DNA from: Firmicutes bacterium UBA5324
GTDB lineage: Bacteria; Bacillota; Negativicutes; UBA11029
Assembly: GCA_002411145.1 (NCBI GenBank)
Contig: DHRA01000012.1
Coordinates: 39,883-95,753 of the forward strand
Length of the DNA stretch: 55,871 nt
Direction of reading: 5' to 3'
Position numbers and translations under genes: made by a program. The notes beneath the pieces are model-generated. The model searched no databases. It was not told the DNA's origin and worked only from the letters and a program-made list of their open reading frames with translations. Of this stretch, positions 38,550 to 48,613 are shown piece after piece; within the stretch, counting starts at the first letter, position 1, and each line of letters opens with the position of its first letter.

Positions 38550-39752
38550 ATGCTGGAGGGAAAAACGATTGTCGCCGGCGTGACCGGCGGGATAGCTGCA
38601 TACAAAGCCGCCGATTTGGCAAGCCGTCTGCGTAAGCAAGGCGCCGACCTGCATGTCATCATGACCCGCTCGGCTACGGAGTTTATCCAACCGCTTACTT
38701 TTCGGGAAATTACGGGGAACCCTGTCATTGTAAGCATGTGGGATGAGCCGAAAAGGTGGAGTGTGCAGCATATAGGTCTGGCCAGAAAGGCGGATTTATT
38801 TGTCATCGTACCTGCGACGGCAAATGTGCTGGGGAAAATTTCCCACGGTATTGCTGATGACATGCTGACCACGACGGTGATGGCGACCACTGCGCCGGTG
38901 CTTTTTGTGCCGGCCATGAATTCGGCCATGTATCTTAACCCGATAGTGCAGGATAATATAAAACGTCTTAAAGCGTACGGCTATCTGTTTATGGAACCGG
39001 TTGCCGGTCCGTTGGCCTGCGGTGAATCAGGGATTGGCCGTCTGCCCGAGCCTGCGGATATTGCCGAATATATCGGGCAATGCCTTGCCGAAGACCAAAC
39101 CCTGGCCGGGAAAAAATTTCTGATTACGGCGGCAGGTACGCAGGAACCAATTGACCCCGTACGCTACATCGGAAATCGTGCCAGCGGCAAAATGGGTTAC
39201 GCTTTGGCGGAAGCGGCTAAAAATAAGGGTGCTTCTGTGGTGCTGGTATCCGGGCCGACACATCTTGCGCCGCCTGCGGGCGTGGAATTGATCGCCGTAA
39301 ATACGGCGGGAGAGATGCGAGACGCGGTAATGTCCCGCTTCCCGGAACTGGATGTCGTGATCAAGACAGCCGCAGTTGCCGATTACCGTCCCAAGGTTAC
39401 GACGGAGCAAAAAATCAAAAAGGCCGCCGGCGAGCTAGTGCTGACTTTGGAAAAAACCCCGGACATTCTCCGGGAGTTGGGCCAGCAGAAACAGCACCAG
39501 ATTTTAGTGGGTTTCGCCGCGGAAACAGAAAACCTGTTAGAGCACGGACGGGATAAGCTTTACCGGAAAAATCTCGATATGTTGGTTGTTAACGATGTTA
39601 CGGCCGCTGGCGCAGGTTTTGCGACCGATACCAATATCGTAAATATAATGTTCCCGGATGGAACAGTTGAAGAGTGGCCCATAATGACAAAAAAACGGGT
39701 CGCTGAGAAAATTTTAGGAAAAATAATCGAATTAATGCAGAAAAAATCTTGA
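38550..39752 (+). CDS. coaBC: Bifunctional phosphopantothenoylcysteine decarboxylase / phosphopantothenate-cysteine ligase
   Basis: 400 aa. Flavoprotein N-terminal domain [11 protein letters not shown], PAMN, and the CoaB domain [25 protein letters not shown]-like motif. Confidence 0.92.
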   Translation: [400 protein letters not shown]

Positions 39753-39777
39753 TTTTGGAAAAATTATGTCATAGAAT
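39749..39777 (+). promoter_or_regulatory. Sigma-A type promoter (TTGATT-17 nt-TAGAAT) for the metK leader
   Basis: Hexamers with a 17-nt spacer just upstream of the S-box P1. Confidence 0.55.
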
Positions 39778-39784
39778 AATATTG

Positions 39785-39920
39785 CTCTCACATCAAGAGA
39801 CGGCGGAGGGACTGGCCCGATGAAGCCCGGCAACCATTTGTCACTGACAAAAACGGTGCCAATTCCTGCAGGGGACACCTGACAGATGAGAGGGAGAAAA
39901 GGCTTTTCTCTCCTCTTTTG
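39785..39920 (+). promoter_or_regulatory. SAM-I (S-box) riboswitch with intrinsic terminator
   Basis: ATCAAGAGACGGCGGAGGGACTGGCCCGATGAAGCCCGGCAACC...GGTGCCAATTCC...GATGAGAG matches the S-box core. The terminator is GAGGGAGAAAAG/CTTTTCTCTCCTC plus TTTT (39888-39920). Confidence 0.9.
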
Positions 39921-39957
39921 CAGGGGAGATTTTTATTTTGACACAAGGGGGTACAAA

Positions 39958-41148
39958 ATGGAAAAACGTCGTTATTTGTTTACGTCCGAGTCTGTAACGG
40001 AAGGACATCCCGATAAAGTGGCGGATCAGATTTCCGACAGTGTATTGGATGCGATTATTGCCCATGATCCGAATGCCCGGATAGCCTGCGAGACGCTCTG
40101 CACCACCGGCCTGGTACATGTTGTAGGGGAAATCAGCACGAATTGTTATGTGGATATTCCGAAAATTGTGCGGGAGACGATTAAAGAGATTGGCTATACC
40201 CGCGCAAAATATGGCTTTGACGGGGATACCTGCGGAGTCATGACCTCGATTGATGAACAGTCTCCCGACATTGCGCTGGGGGTGGATAAGGCTCTGGAAG
40301 CAAAACAAGGGGAGATGGACACCATCGAAGCGATCGGCGCCGGTGACCAGGGTATGGTTTTCGGCTATGCCACAAACGAAACACCCGAATTTATGCCGTT
40401 ACCCATTTCTTTGGCGCATAAGCTTGCCCGCCAGTTGTCGGCAGTGCGGAAAAATAACGAAATTACCTATCTGCGGCCCGATGGGAAAACCCAAGTTACC
40501 GTGGAATATGTGGACGGGAAACCGGTGCGGGTTGACGCGATTGTAATTTCCACCCAGCACAGTCCGGAAGTCAGCCGGGAGACCATCGAGCAGGATTTGC
40601 GTTCTAAAGTAATCAACGCGGTCGTGCCCGCAGCATTACTGGACGCGGAAACCAAATATTATATCAACCCCACCGGCCGTTTTGTCGTGGGTGGTCCGCA
40701 AGGGGACGCCGGCTTGACCGGCCGGAAGATTATCGTCGATACCTATGGCGGTATGGCCCGTCACGGCGGGGGGGCCTTCTCCGGTAAGGATCCAACAAAG
40801 GTAGACCGCTCCGGTGCGTACGCTGCCCGCTACGTGGCGAAAAACGTGGTCGCCGCGGGCTTGGCAGCCAAATGTGAGGTGCAAATCTCCTACGCCATCG
40901 GCGTGGCCCGTCCCGTATCCATTATGGTCGATACCTTCGGTACCAACAAGGTTGCCGCCGATGTCATCGAAAAATTAATCAACAAACATTTCGACCTGCG
41001 GCCTGCGGGCATTATCAAGATGCTTGACCTCCGCCGGCCAATCTATAAACAAACCGCGGCCTACGGCCATTTTGGCCGTACCGACCTTGACCTGCCCTGG
41101 GAGAAAATCGATAAAGCGGATATTTTACGGAAAGAAGCCGGTCTCTAA
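39958..41148 (+). CDS. metK: S-adenosylmethionine synthetase
   Basis: [19 protein letters not shown] and GGGAFSGKD motifs. Start at ATG 39958; the ORF-track start 39886 lies in the riboswitch. Confidence 0.95.
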   Translation: MEKRRYLFTSESVTEGHPDKVADQISDSVLDAIIAHDPNARIACETLCTTGLVHVVGEISTNCYVDIPKIVRETIKEIGYTRAKYGFDGDTCGVMTSIDEQSPDIALGVDKALEAKQGEMDTIEAIGAGDQGMVFGYATNETPEFMPLPISLAHKLARQLSAVRKNNEITYLRPDGKTQVTVEYVDGKPVRVDAIVISTQHSPEVSRETIEQDLRSKVINAVVPAALLDAETKYYINPTGRFVVGGPQGDAGLTGRKIIVDTYGGMARHGGGAFSGKDPTKVDRSGAYAARYVAKNVVAAGLAAKCEVQISYAIGVARPVSIMVDTFGTNKVAADVIEKLINKHFDLRPAGIIKMLDLRRPIYKQTAAYGHFGRTDLDLPWEKIDKADILRKEAGL

Positions 41149-41154
41149 TTCCAA

Positions 41155-41188
41155 AGCACCCTCTTCAAATGGAGGGTGCTTTTTTTTT
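41155..41188 (+). terminator. Intrinsic terminator after metK
   Basis: AGCACCCTC / GAGGGTGCT stem followed by T8. Confidence 0.85.
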
Positions 41189-41274
41189 ACCCCGCATCTC
41201 GCCAAGGAGCATAACATATTAAACAGCCCAATGGGTCACACTAAAAGACGAGGATATGTTGGGGAGGCGATAGT

Positions 41275-41484
41275 GTGCGACAGGCGGTTTACACGGTTGG
41301 CGGATTAAAGGGAAATCATTGCCGGGACAGAATCAAGCATGTTTTGGGTCATTTGGGGGGAATTGCCAAAGTGGATGTGGACATGCAGAGTCAAAAAGTT
41401 ACGGTTGAATATAACCCCGAGATCATTGCCGGCGGCTATATTGAAACGACCCTGACAACCCTGGGCTATTCTGTGCGGGGATAA
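41275..41484 (+). CDS. Heavy-metal-associated (HMA/CopZ-like) fold protein with degenerate metal site
   Basis: 69 aa with a beta-alpha-beta-beta-alpha-beta pattern (VYTVGGL..C..RIKHVL..IAKVDVD...VTVEY). The canonical GMxCxxC is replaced by GLKGNHCRDR. GTG start behind GGGGAGG. Confidence 0.55.
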   Translation: MRQAVYTVGGLKGNHCRDRIKHVLGHLGGIAKVDVDMQSQKVTVEYNPEIIAGGYIETTLTTLGYSVRG

Positions 41485-41593
41485 GGAAATTAACCCAATA
41501 AAACATAACGTTGTGTACACGCGGAAAACAGCAAGTTTCCGTGAACAATCAATATGAGGCATCTGCCTCCGAATTCTGCAAAGGAGGATTGTC

Positions 41594-41776
41594 TTGCGGA
41601 TGAGATTTTCTCCCGGAAAACGGGAACGAAAAATATTTATGGGGACAATGCTGCCCGAAGAAAAAAAAGTGCGGGACCTGCTTGACGATGCCGGAAACTA
41701 CGAAGAGCCATATGGAGAGGTACAGGACGAAAACAATCTGAAAAAAACCCTGCGCAAGAATGAGTCCGGACTATAA
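41594..41776 (+). CDS. Hypothetical small acidic protein (60 aa)
   Basis: TTG start 6 nt after AAGGAGGA. The stop codon sits in the loop of a 15-bp hairpin (41756-41791). No family recognised. Confidence 0.35.
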   Translation: MRMRFSPGKRERKIFMGTMLPEEKKVRDLLDDAGNYEEPYGEVQDENNLKKTLRKNESGL

Positions 41777-41880
41777 TCCGGGCTCATTCTTCCTCTGTGC
41801 AGAGAGGAATTTTGACGAAAGGAGACGAAGTAAAAGAACGGAAGTTTTGTTTTCAGTAAGGTTTTTTTTAGGGAGGCTGC

Positions 41881-43872
41881 ATGGGCGTTTACGCGGAAGT
41901 TATTGTCAATGTTTCTCATCGCAGAGTGGATCGGACATTTCATTACCGCATTCCCGCGGAATTGCAAAATGAGGTACGGCCCGGCAAGAAAGTACAGGTT
42001 TCCTTTGGTAACCGGAAAGTGGAAGGGATCGTGATAAAACTTACGGATACCGCTCCGCAGATGGATTTGAAGCCTGTGGAACAAGTGCTGGATCTGCCTG
42101 CCCTGCCTGCCGATTTATTGGCGTTGGCTCGCTGGATGGCAGACACCTATGTCTGCTCATATATTGATGCTCTAAACACGGTGTTTCCCACGAAGGTGCT
42201 CAAGCGAAAACGGCGGAAGAAAAAAGAAAAAATCTTCCTTCCGGCACCGCCGCCTCAGCTTACGCAGGCCCAACAGACTGCTTTACAATCTGTCGTGCAT
42301 GCGTTGCAGAAGGATGAGCAAACTGTAATATTGCTGCATGGGGTAACCGGCAGTGGAAAAACGGAGGTTTATCTCCAGGCGATACAGGCGGCCGTTGATG
42401 CCGGCGGACAGGCGATTATGCTTGTACCGGAAATTGCCCTGACACCGCAAATGGAAACGCGGGTGGTCACCCGTTTCGGCGGGCGGGTGGCGGTGTTGCA
42501 CAGCAGATTATCGGATGGAGAGCGTAGCGAGGCTTGGCGCCGGATGCGGGACGGAGAGGCAGATATCGCCCTGGGTGCGCGTTCGGCGGTTTTTGCGCCT
42601 TTCAACAGGATCGGGTTAATCATTCTGGATGAGGAGCATGAATTTTCCTACAAACAAGAGGATAACCCCAAATATCATACGCGTGGGGTGGCTATTCAAC
42701 GCGCCCGGGATCACGGGGCGGTTGTTCTGTTGGGGAGTGCTACGCCTTCTGTGGAGAGTTATTATCATGCGCAGCAAAAGCATTACGCATTATTGACCCT
42801 GCCCCAGCGGATAGAGCAACGTCTCTTGCCGGAAATAGCTGTCGTGGATATGCGGGAAGAACTGAAGCGAAAAAACCGCACCGTGTTCAGTACTGCTTTA
42901 CGGGAAGCAATTGCCGAACGACTGCGGCGGGGACAGCAAAGTATTATTCTTATTAACCGGCGGGGATTTTCCACTTTTGTGTTGTGCCGGGATTGCGGGC
43001 TGGTGCTGCGCTGTCCCCATTGTTCCGTGTCTTTAACTTATCATGCCACGGATCATACGCTGCGCTGTCATTATTGTCTTTACCGGTGCCCCGCGCCGGA
43101 CGTATGTCCGGCCTGTCAAAGCCGTCATATCCGTTACTTCGGCGCCGGCACCCAAAAGGTTGAAGAAGAGCTGGGGAAAAGTTTTCCCGCAGCCCGGATA
43201 TTGCGTATGGATACGGATACCACCTCGCGCAAAAACAGCCATCAGGAAATACTGGGGAAGTTTGAGCGGGGCGAAGCGGATATTCTGCTGGGCACGCAAA
43301 TGATTGCCAAGGGTTTGGATTATCCCAATGTAACGTTGGTGGGCATTATTAGTGCCGATATGGCTTTGAATTTGCCGGATTTCCGCGCCGGAGAACGTAC
43401 TTTTCAATTGCTGACGCAGGCCGCGGGACGGGCAGGGCGGGGTGAAGTACCGGGGCTGGTGATCATCCAGACCTATAACCCTGACAATTATAGTATTCAA
43501 GCGGTAAAAGAGCAAAATTACGCTGATTTTTACCGGCAGGAGATTGCCGTACGGCATGAGCTGCGCTATCCCCCCTTTCACCACCTGATAAAAATTGTTG
43601 TTTCGGGGGAAGATGAGAGGGAAGTAATTCAACGTATGCAGAATATTATGGAACGGGCAAAACAAAATGCCGAAAAAGGATTAATTTCCCTGGAGCTGCT
43701 TGGACCCGCGCCCGCTCCCCTGGGACGGATAAAAAGTTTGTTCCGCTGGCAGCTGTTTTTAAAAGGGCCGGACAGGAAACTTTTACATACAGTACTTACG
43801 GATACCATTGATGAAAGCGCCTTTGGTTCAGGCGGGTTGTCTATTGATGTTGATCCAATCAGCATGCTGTAA
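41881..43872 (+). CDS. priA: Primosomal replication restart helicase PriA
   Basis: N-terminus AEVIVNV...FHYRIP, Walker A GVTGSGKTEVY, DEEH, and two CxxC pairs of the Zn-binding insertion. Confidence 0.92.
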   Translation: MGVYAEVIVNVSHRRVDRTFHYRIPAELQNEVRPGKKVQVSFGNRKVEGIVIKLTDTAPQMDLKPVEQVLDLPALPADLLALARWMADTYVCSYIDALNTVFPTKVLKRKRRKKKEKIFLPAPPPQLTQAQQTALQSVVHALQKDEQTVILLHGVTGSGKTEVYLQAIQAAVDAGGQAIMLVPEIALTPQMETRVVTRFGGRVAVLHSRLSDGERSEAWRRMRDGEADIALGARSAVFAPFNRIGLIILDEEHEFSYKQEDNPKYHTRGVAIQRARDHGAVVLLGSATPSVESYYHAQQKHYALLTLPQRIEQRLLPEIAVVDMREELKRKNRTVFSTALREAIAERLRRGQQSIILINRRGFSTFVLCRDCGLVLRCPHCSVSLTYHATDHTLRCHYCLYRCPAPDVCPACQSRHIRYFGAGTQKVEEELGKSFPAARILRMDTDTTSRKNSHQEILGKFERGEADILLGTQMIAKGLDYPNVTLVGIISADMALNLPDFRAGERTFQLLTQAAGRAGRGEVPGLVIIQTYNPDNYSIQAVKEQNYADFYRQEIAVRHELRYPPFHHLIKIVVSGEDEREVIQRMQNIMERAKQNAEKGLISLELLGPAPAPLGRIKSLFRWQLFLKGPDRKLLHTVLTDTIDESAFGSGGLSIDVDPISML

Positions 43873-43895
43873 TGAGGAAAGAGGAGGATCATTAA

Positions 43896-44363
43896 ATGGC
43901 GGTTTTAAATATTTGCCTGGAAGGCGAAAAGGTTTTGAAAATGAAGGCAAAACCGGTTTCAAAGGTGACAAAGGAAATAAAAAAGTTGCTGGAGGACATG
44001 GCGGAAACCATGTATGAGGCCCAGGGTGTGGGTTTAGCGGCGCCGCAGGTCGGTCTGTCCCTCCGGGTTGTGGTGATAGATGCGGGGTCCGGGTTAATTG
44101 AACTTATTAATCCGGTTATCATTGAACAGGAAGGGGAAGAAACCGATACGGAGGGCTGTTTAAGCATTCCGGACGCCTATGGCGAAGTATGCCGGAGTGC
44201 CAGAGTGATGGCGGAAGCCTACGACCGGAACGGGAAAAAAATCCGCGTGACGGGAGAGGGCTTGCTTGCCCGGGCGATACAACATGAACTGGATCATCTG
44301 GAAGGCGTTTTGTTTATCGAAAAAGCGGAGAAGTTAAGCCGGGGAGAAGGTTCAAATGCGTAG
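43896..44363 (+). CDS. def: Peptide deformylase
   Basis: GVGLAAPQ, EGCLSIP and HELDHL motifs. Confidence 0.95.
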   Translation: MAVLNICLEGEKVLKMKAKPVSKVTKEIKKLLEDMAETMYEAQGVGLAAPQVGLSLRVVVIDAGSGLIELINPVIIEQEGEETDTEGCLSIPDAYGEVCRSARVMAEAYDRNGKKIRVTGEGLLARAIQHELDHLEGVLFIEKAEKLSRGEGSNA

Positions 44364-45291
44364 GGTTGTCTTTATGGGGACACCGGATTTTGCCGTGCCG
44401 ACACTGGCCAGCCTGCATGAAAATAAATACCAGCTCGTCGGTGTGGTCACCCAGCCTGACCGTCCCAAAGGCCGAGGCCAAAAACTGGCTGCCTCACCGG
44501 TTAAGGAGTTTGCCCTTGCCCACGGCCTGCCCGTATACCAGCCCGAGCGGGTGAAGGAGCCGGGATTTGTGTCCCAATTGCGGGCCCTGGCGCCGGATGT
44601 GATTGTGGTTGTTGCCTATGGACAAATACTTTCCGCGGAGATACTTACCCTGCCGCCCTATGGCTGTATCAATGTGCATGCATCTTTGCTCCCGAAATAC
44701 CGGGGAGCCGCGCCAATCCATTGGGCCGTCATAAACGGGGAAACGGTGACCGGCGTGACGACCATGCATATGGATCGCGGCATGGACACGGGTGATATGA
44801 TATTGAAGGCGGAAGTACTAATTACCTGTACGGATACAACCGGGTCGCTGCATGACAAGCTGGCCCCGGCCGGCGCTCGCCTGTTGTTACAGACGCTGCA
44901 GCAAGCGGCAGCCGGTACGGCGCCGCGGGAAAAGCAGGATGGTACGCAGGCCACATATGCCCCGCTGCTTAAACGGGAACACGAACGCCTTGATTGGGGA
45001 AGAACGGCGCAAGTGCTGGATTGCCAGATCCGCGGGCTGAATCCCTGGCCGGGGGCTTTTACCACCCACCGTGATCGCCGGTTGAAGGTTTGGCGGGCCG
45101 TGCCCCTGGCGGAAGGGACGGGGGGATTACCGGGCACTGTGAGACGCGTGGACCGGGAAGGGATTGTGGTTGCGACAGCGGGGGGAAGTTTGCGGCTGGT
45201 TGAATTACAGCCGCAGAACAGTAAGCGGATGACCGCCACCGACTATGCCAGAGGCCAGCACATCGAAGCCGGCGAACAAATGGGAGTGTAA
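44356..45291 (+). CDS. fmt: Methionyl-tRNA formyltransferase
   Basis: VFMGTPDFAVP, NVHASLLPKYRGAAPI. Overlaps the def end. Confidence 0.93.
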   Translation: MRRVVFMGTPDFAVPTLASLHENKYQLVGVVTQPDRPKGRGQKLAASPVKEFALAHGLPVYQPERVKEPGFVSQLRALAPDVIVVVAYGQILSAEILTLPPYGCINVHASLLPKYRGAAPIHWAVINGETVTGVTTMHMDRGMDTGDMILKAEVLITCTDTTGSLHDKLAPAGARLLLQTLQQAAAGTAPREKQDGTQATYAPLLKREHERLDWGRTAQVLDCQIRGLNPWPGAFTTHRDRRLKVWRAVPLAEGTGGLPGTVRRVDREGIVVATAGGSLRLVELQPQNSKRMTATDYARGQHIEAGEQMGV

Positions 45292-45295
45292 AAGC

Positions 45296-46102
45296 ATGAT
45301 CACGACGGTAAGGATCCAAAAACGACTGTTTATCGGCCTGGTGTTGGTCAGTTTACTGCTTATCAGTCTGCTGGCCTACGGAATTTGGACCATCAGCTTT
45401 AGCGGGTTAGCCCGGATAAGCGCTTGGCTGCCCTTTTTCTTCGGCACCGTAATGGCCGTATGCCTGCTGCTTGCCGCCATAGGAATTAGCGGCATCGTTC
45501 TTTCAGTTTGGGGGGTAAAAACCCTGCCGGTTTTTCAGAATCTGGCGTGGACGGCAGTGAACCTGTTATTCCCGACGGCCATCCGCATCGGCAAATTATT
45601 TGATGTGGATAAAGAGCGGATAGAACAGTCTTTCATTGAAGTCAGTAATCATCTTGTTAAGCAAAAGCAGCTCGTCGTCGCGCCGGAAAAATTGCTTATT
45701 TTGACGCCGCATTGCATCCAAAATGATGATTGCCCATATAAAATAACCCGTGCCACCGATAATTGCAAGCGCTGCGGTCAATGCCAGGTGGGTGAGTTAC
45801 TCTCGCTGGCGGAAAAATACGGAGTTAAAGTGGCCATCGTGACAGGTGGTACCATGGCCCGTAAAGCCATCAAGGGGATGCGCCCCGAGGCCGTGTTGGC
45901 CATTGCCTGCGAGCGCGACCTGACAAGTGGCATTCAGGACGTTTTTCCTATACCGGTCGTCGGTGTATTAAATGAGCGACCCTGCGGCCCCTGCTGCAAT
46001 ACCCGCGTCGATATGCAGCGGGTCGAACGGACGGTGGCTGATTTTTTGGGCCGCACCGCAAATACGGGGACTAAAGGCGTAACGACAAATGGGGGAGCCT
46101 AA
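45296..46102 (+). CDS. DUF116 domain membrane protein
   Basis: Two or three N-terminal TM helices and the Cys motif HCIQNDDCPYK...CKRCGQCQVG. Start at ATG 45296, because the ORF-track start 45245 overlaps fmt. Confidence 0.7.
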   Translation: MITTVRIQKRLFIGLVLVSLLLISLLAYGIWTISFSGLARISAWLPFFFGTVMAVCLLLAAIGISGIVLSVWGVKTLPVFQNLAWTAVNLLFPTAIRIGKLFDVDKERIEQSFIEVSNHLVKQKQLVVAPEKLLILTPHCIQNDDCPYKITRATDNCKRCGQCQVGELLSLAEKYGVKVAIVTGGTMARKAIKGMRPEAVLAIACERDLTSGIQDVFPIPVVGVLNERPCGPCCNTRVDMQRVERTVADFLGRTANTGTKGVTTNGGA

Positions 46103-46105
46103 TTT

Positions 46106-47449
46106 ATGAAAACTGGCCGGGAAATTGCCTTGCAGGTGCTGAAGGAAGTAGATGAGAACGGCGCATATGCCAATATTGCCTTGAGTCATATTTTGGAGCA
46201 ATACCGACCTGCGCCCCTTGACAGGCGTTTTATCACCGAACTTGTCTACGGCACGATTAAAGCCCGCAACACCTTGGATTGGATTATTGAGAAATTTTCC
46301 AGCCGTCCCTTGGCGAAAATGACCGTCTGGGTACGCAATGTGCTGCGGATGGGCGTATATCAATTGTGGTACTTGGAACGGGTTCCCCCCTCCGCGGCTT
46401 GTAATGAAGCTGTAAATCTTACCAAACGTTATGGGCATCAGGGAACAGCCAAATTCGTCAATGGTGTTTTAAGGACGGTGGCCAGGCAGAAAGCGGATAT
46501 CAGGTTTCCCTCCCTGGAGGAAGACCCCGTGCAGCACATCGCTTTGCAGTTCTCCCATCCGGCGTGGATGGTGGAACGCTGGCTGGCGCGTTTCGGCAGG
46601 GAGGAAACGATACGCTTGTGCCAGGCAAACAATGAGACTCCCCGCTTGAGTGTGCGCACCAATACCTTGAAAATTACGCGGGCGGCGTTAAAAGCTGCAT
46701 TGGAAAAAGAGGGCCTGCTCGTTGAAGAATCGCACTGGGCGCCGGAAGGACTGATGCTGGACGGTTTTTCCGCCTTGGGACAGCTTGCCGCTTTGCAGGA
46801 GGGACTTTTTCAGGTACAGGATGAAAGCTCCATGCTGGTGGCCCATGTATTGGATCCCCAGCCCGGGGAATTTATTATTGATGCCTGCGGGGCCCCCGGC
46901 GGCAAAACGACGCATTTTGCCCAAAAGATGCACAATGAAGGACGGATTTTTTCCCTTGATATCCATGAACATAAACTACGGCTGATTACGGAAAATTGCC
47001 GGCGGCTGGGGATTGATATTGTGGAGACGGAGGCGATGGACGCCCGCCGCATGCATGAGCATATGCGCGGACAGGCCGATCGGGTACTGGTGGATGCTCC
47101 CTGTTCGGGTTTGGGGGTGCTGCGCAGGAAACCGGACGCCCGCTGGCGTAAAACACCGGAAATGCTGCGGGACCTGCCCAAGCTGCAGCAGGAAATCCTG
47201 GCCAGTGCCGCCCAATGTGTGAAACCCGGCGGGATATTGGTGTACAGTACGTGCACCATTGAAGCTGAGGAGAATGAAGCCGTGATCAGGTGTTTTTTGC
47301 AGGCAAACCCGGCGTTTTCCCTGGAGCCGACGGGCAAATTCCTGCCCGTTGCCCGACAGGAGGAGATGGTCCGGTTATTTCCCCAACGGGACGGGATTGA
47401 CGGATTTTTTATTGCGCGGATGAAGAGAACGGAGAATGCGGGTGCGTAA
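46106..47449 (+). CDS. rsmB: 16S rRNA (cytosine967-C5)-methyltransferase
   Basis: NusB-like N-terminal domain, SAM site DACGAPGGKT, and catalytic Cys motifs DAPCSG and YSTCT. Confidence 0.9.
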   Translation: MKTGREIALQVLKEVDENGAYANIALSHILEQYRPAPLDRRFITELVYGTIKARNTLDWIIEKFSSRPLAKMTVWVRNVLRMGVYQLWYLERVPPSAACNEAVNLTKRYGHQGTAKFVNGVLRTVARQKADIRFPSLEEDPVQHIALQFSHPAWMVERWLARFGREETIRLCQANNETPRLSVRTNTLKITRAALKAALEKEGLLVEESHWAPEGLMLDGFSALGQLAALQEGLFQVQDESSMLVAHVLDPQPGEFIIDACGAPGGKTTHFAQKMHNEGRIFSLDIHEHKLRLITENCRRLGIDIVETEAMDARRMHEHMRGQADRVLVDAPCSGLGVLRRKPDARWRKTPEMLRDLPKLQQEILASAAQCVKPGGILVYSTCTIEAEENEAVIRCFLQANPAFSLEPTGKFLPVARQEEMVRLFPQRDGIDGFFIARMKRTENAGA

Positions 47450-48497
47450 GAAGAATATCAAGGGATTGACCGAGGCGGAATTGAGAGAAGTATTAACATC
47501 CCTGGGGGTGGAAAAGTACCGGGCGAGGCAAATCATGGAATGGATTTATGCCCGGGGGGCCGGGGATTTTTCCGCCATGACGAATTTGGCCAAACCGCTG
47601 CGGGAGAAGCTCAGCGAGCATTTATATATTGCGCAGTTAAGGGAAGTGACCAGGCAGATTTCCCACAAGGACGGTACGGTAAAATTTCTTTTCGCCCTGG
47701 AGGATGGGCAAACGGTGGAAACCGTGTTGTTGCGTCACGATTATGGGCATAGCGTTTGTGTTTCTACCCAGGTCGGCTGTGCCATGGGCTGCAGCTTTTG
47801 CGCTTCAGGACTGGGGGGACTGGTGCGCAACCTGACGGCCGGGGAGATAATTGACCAGGTTCTCGCCGTACAAAATTATTTAAAACAGGAGGATCAGCGG
47901 GTAAGCTCGGTGGTTATCATGGGGTCCGGCGAGCCTTTGACGAACTATGACAATGTCCTGCGTTTTATGGCATTATTACACTGGCCCTACGGGCTGAATA
48001 TCGGGTATCGCAATATGACAGTCTCCACGGCCGGGGTCGTGCCGGGCATCGATCGACTTTCCATGGAGAACCTGCCCATTACGTTGTCCATTTCCCTGCA
48101 CGCACCGCATGACCAGCTGCGTTCGGCGCTCATGCCGGTAAACCATACCTATCCCATTGCCGTATTGCTGGCGGCCTGCGACCGGTATACCGCCCGCACT
48201 AACCGCCGGATTACCTATGAATATTCCTTGATTGCGGGTGTCAACGACCGGGCGGAACATGCCAGGCAATTGGCCAACCTGCTTGCCGGACGGCTCTGTC
48301 ATGTCAATCTAATCCTCGTCAATGCCGTCGTGGAAAGAGGTTACGAGCCTCCAGCGGCGGAGCGGGTAGGCAAATTCCAGGACATTTTAAAGCGGCGGGG
48401 TATCGAAACGACCGTAAGAAAGGAAATGGGGGGCGATATCGACGCAGCCTGCGGGCAGTTGCGCAGGAGAATACTTTCGGCAGAAGCCAATCATTGA
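47436..48497 (+). CDS. rlmN: 23S rRNA/tRNA (adenine-C2)-methyltransferase, radical SAM
   Basis: Radical SAM CAMGCSFCASG. N-terminal HhH-like YRARQIMEWIY. Confidence 0.92.
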   Translation: MRVRKKNIKGLTEAELREVLTSLGVEKYRARQIMEWIYARGAGDFSAMTNLAKPLREKLSEHLYIAQLREVTRQISHKDGTVKFLFALEDGQTVETVLLRHDYGHSVCVSTQVGCAMGCSFCASGLGGLVRNLTAGEIIDQVLAVQNYLKQEDQRVSSVVIMGSGEPLTNYDNVLRFMALLHWPYGLNIGYRNMTVSTAGVVPGIDRLSMENLPITLSISLHAPHDQLRSALMPVNHTYPIAVLLAACDRYTARTNRRITYEYSLIAGVNDRAEHARQLANLLAGRLCHVNLILVNAVVERGYEPPAAERVGKFQDILKRRGIETTVRKEMGGDIDAACGQLRRRILSAEANH

Positions 48498-48498
48498 G

Positions 48499-48540
48499 AA
48501 GGCAAGTCCCGCGATTGCGTCCCGGGCTTGCCTTTTGTTT
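48499..48540 (+). terminator. Intrinsic terminator after rlmN
   Basis: AAGGCAAG(T)CCCG / CGGGCTTGCCTT stem followed by TTTTGTTT. Confidence 0.6.
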
Positions 48541-48584
48541 AGATAAGCAGGGGTGTGGTAATACTCTTGATAGCGGAATGTTTT

Positions 48585-48613
48585 TTGACTAAACACATGT
48601 GGTAGGCTATAAT
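48585..48613 (+). promoter_or_regulatory. Consensus-like sigma-A promoter (TTGACT-17 nt-TATAAT)
   Basis: Exact -10 hexamer, a 5/6 match at -35, and a 17-nt spacer. Lies 144 nt upstream of the first FHA gene. Confidence 0.65.
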
